A DNA stretch of 63,712 bases, counting the filler, from Pelomyxa schiedti (lineage: Eukaryota > Protista > Evosea), in the NCBI GenBank assembly GCA_020536535.1. It is 7 parts of 7 records of this genome, joined end to end, with 100 filler letters (N's around TTAATTAATTAA, not from the genome) between each part and the next. Parts side by side here need not be neighbours in the genome. Positions count along the whole stretch, not along the records: positions 62,333 to 63,712 come from JAHLWZ010000028.1; 6 more parts are not named here. The stretch is one strand, 5' to 3'. The position numbers were made by a program, and so were the translations under genes. The notes beneath the pieces were generated by a model. That model made no database searches. It worked only from the letters and a program-made list of their open reading frames with translations, and had not been told where the DNA came from. Positions 62,233 through 63,712 of this stretch are shown here, piece by piece; the stretch's first letter is position 1, and every line of letters begins with the position of its first letter.

Positions 62233-63359
62233 NNNNNNNNNNNNNNNNNNNNNNNNNNNNNNNNNNNNNNNNNNNNTTAATTAATTAANNNNNNNNNNNN
62301 NNNNNNNNNNNNNNNNNNNNNNNNNNNNNNNNCTGCACCTCAGAAAGTACTCTGTATGCTTGCCTAGAGCCTCTCAAGGTAAGAAGAGAGAATTGTGTCT
62401 GTTCATAATCTGTAGGTCCGATTTGAAAATGATAGAATCTATGAGCAATTTCCTTGTTTGGCGAGCTTAGGGCAAATCTTGGTTTCTTTGCCTTTGTTCC
62501 CGATTTTCCAGTGTTATGAGCTCTGCTGCTCTTCTACTTGCGTTTTTTCTGAATGTTCTGCCTTTATCCTTGGTACCAGATTCTAATGTCATTAGGTGCC
62601 ATTGGCTCTCGGCTGATTTTAACAGTGTCCGCCTTGCAGCATTACTGCTGAGCTGCCTGCACATTTGCTTTCCAAGTGTTTGCAATCACAATAAGAGCTA
62701 CAGTATCCAGAGCTTGTACAGATTACCCAATGATGCCTTAGAGCGTTTCTGCTCATGGTGGTCATAGAATGTGAGTGTTAGATTGCTCTCAGAGCTCCCA
62801 TTGCTTGCTGAATGTAGGTATGTTCAGTTCCTCGGAGCTTTCCTCTCACTCAAGCTACAGGTTCGATTTGAAAACAATAGTGCATTCATCACGAGATGAT
62901 GCGCGCAGTCTAGGGTTGCCTCAAATAGGACAAGGCAACCTCCTCAACACCAGGTTTCCTACACTCCAAAATTCCCAAACCACAAGCCCAGGGTGCTTGC
63001 TTATNNNNNNNNNNNNNNNNNNNNNNNNNNNNNNNNNNNNNNNNNNNNNNNNNNNNNNNNNNNNNNNNNNNNNNNNNNNNNNNNNNNNNNNNNNNNNNNN
63101 NNNNATTCATCACGAGATGATGCGCGCAGTCTAGGGTTGCCTCAAATAGGACAAGGCAACCTCCTCAACACCAGGTTTCCTACACTCCAAAATTCCCAAA
63201 CCACAAGCCCAGGGTGCTTGCTTATGACATGCACCGATTGGATCCCATTTCTATCTGAACTGCAATCCTGTTTTGCACTGATTCACACCACTGATCCACA
63301 CCAATCTGTGCTGACTGCACCAACACCGACCTGTCAGGTTTTATTCGATTACCCTCTGG

Positions 63360-63712
63360 GCTCACTCTGTTTCACTCTATTCGCTCCATCTCAACCCCGA
63401 TCCATCAGGAAGGATACACATAGCTTTTCATCACCTTGCTCCACTTTACTCCACTTTGCTACGTTTTGCTCCGTCTACTACAACAGTACTCCAATTCACC
63501 TACGTTTTACTATGTCTCGCTCTGAATGCCACCACGATTTACTCTGAACCCAGCTCAAATTACCCCCTGTATTCGGGCATACTCCGGAATTCTCCAGTTT
63601 ACTCCGATTTACTCAGGCATACTCCGTCCGGTTTACCCCGGTTACGCCAGTTCACTTTGGCTTACACCAACTTACTCAGTTCACTTCTACACCACATTCA
63701 GGACCCACCGAC
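63360..63712. repeat. Degenerate ~10-bp-period minisatellite (consensus close to GTTTACTCCR)
   Basis: Units such as CTTTACTCCA, CTTTGCTACG, TTTTGCTCCG, AGTTTACTCC, GATTTACTCA and GGCATACTCC. Confidence 0.55.

Overview
This is eukaryotic, gene-dense, intron-rich DNA. It is not one locus: seven contigs (1-5842, 5943-21814, 21915-34427, 34528-39594, 39695-54675, 54776-62232, 62333-63712) are joined by artificial N-TTAATTAATTAA-N spacers, and there are extra 100-N scaffold gaps, most with duplicated flanks. Short (~40-50 nt) GT-AG introns with very degenerate donors and the expanded ankyrin-like families suggest an amoebozoan, most likely a Pelomyxa-like archamoeba (inference). Genes recognised by manual splicing: divergent ORC3, a BAR-DH-PH-RhoGAP-LIM protein, a B-box/coiled-coil protein, glycyl-tRNA synthetase, a bacterial-type HD hydrolase with one intron, an N-acylated small GTPase, importin-4, an NHL-like protein, an actin-like protein lacking subdomain 2, ankyrin and ankyrin-kinase paralogs, an NBR1-like autophagy receptor, a PX-BAR sorting nexin, a SPRY protein and a tandem array of a lineage-specific ankyrin-like family. 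The most interesting unexplained signals are: (1) a ~160-185 bp foldback/MITE-like repeat whose copies and core motif recur just after stop codons; (2) a ~255-nt multi-stem structured element upstream of GlyRS; (3) a mosaic, apparently gene-converting family with a putative F-box-like N-terminal module; (4) a probable horizontally acquired HD gene. No rRNA, tRNA or CRISPR array was seen. No database searches were run.
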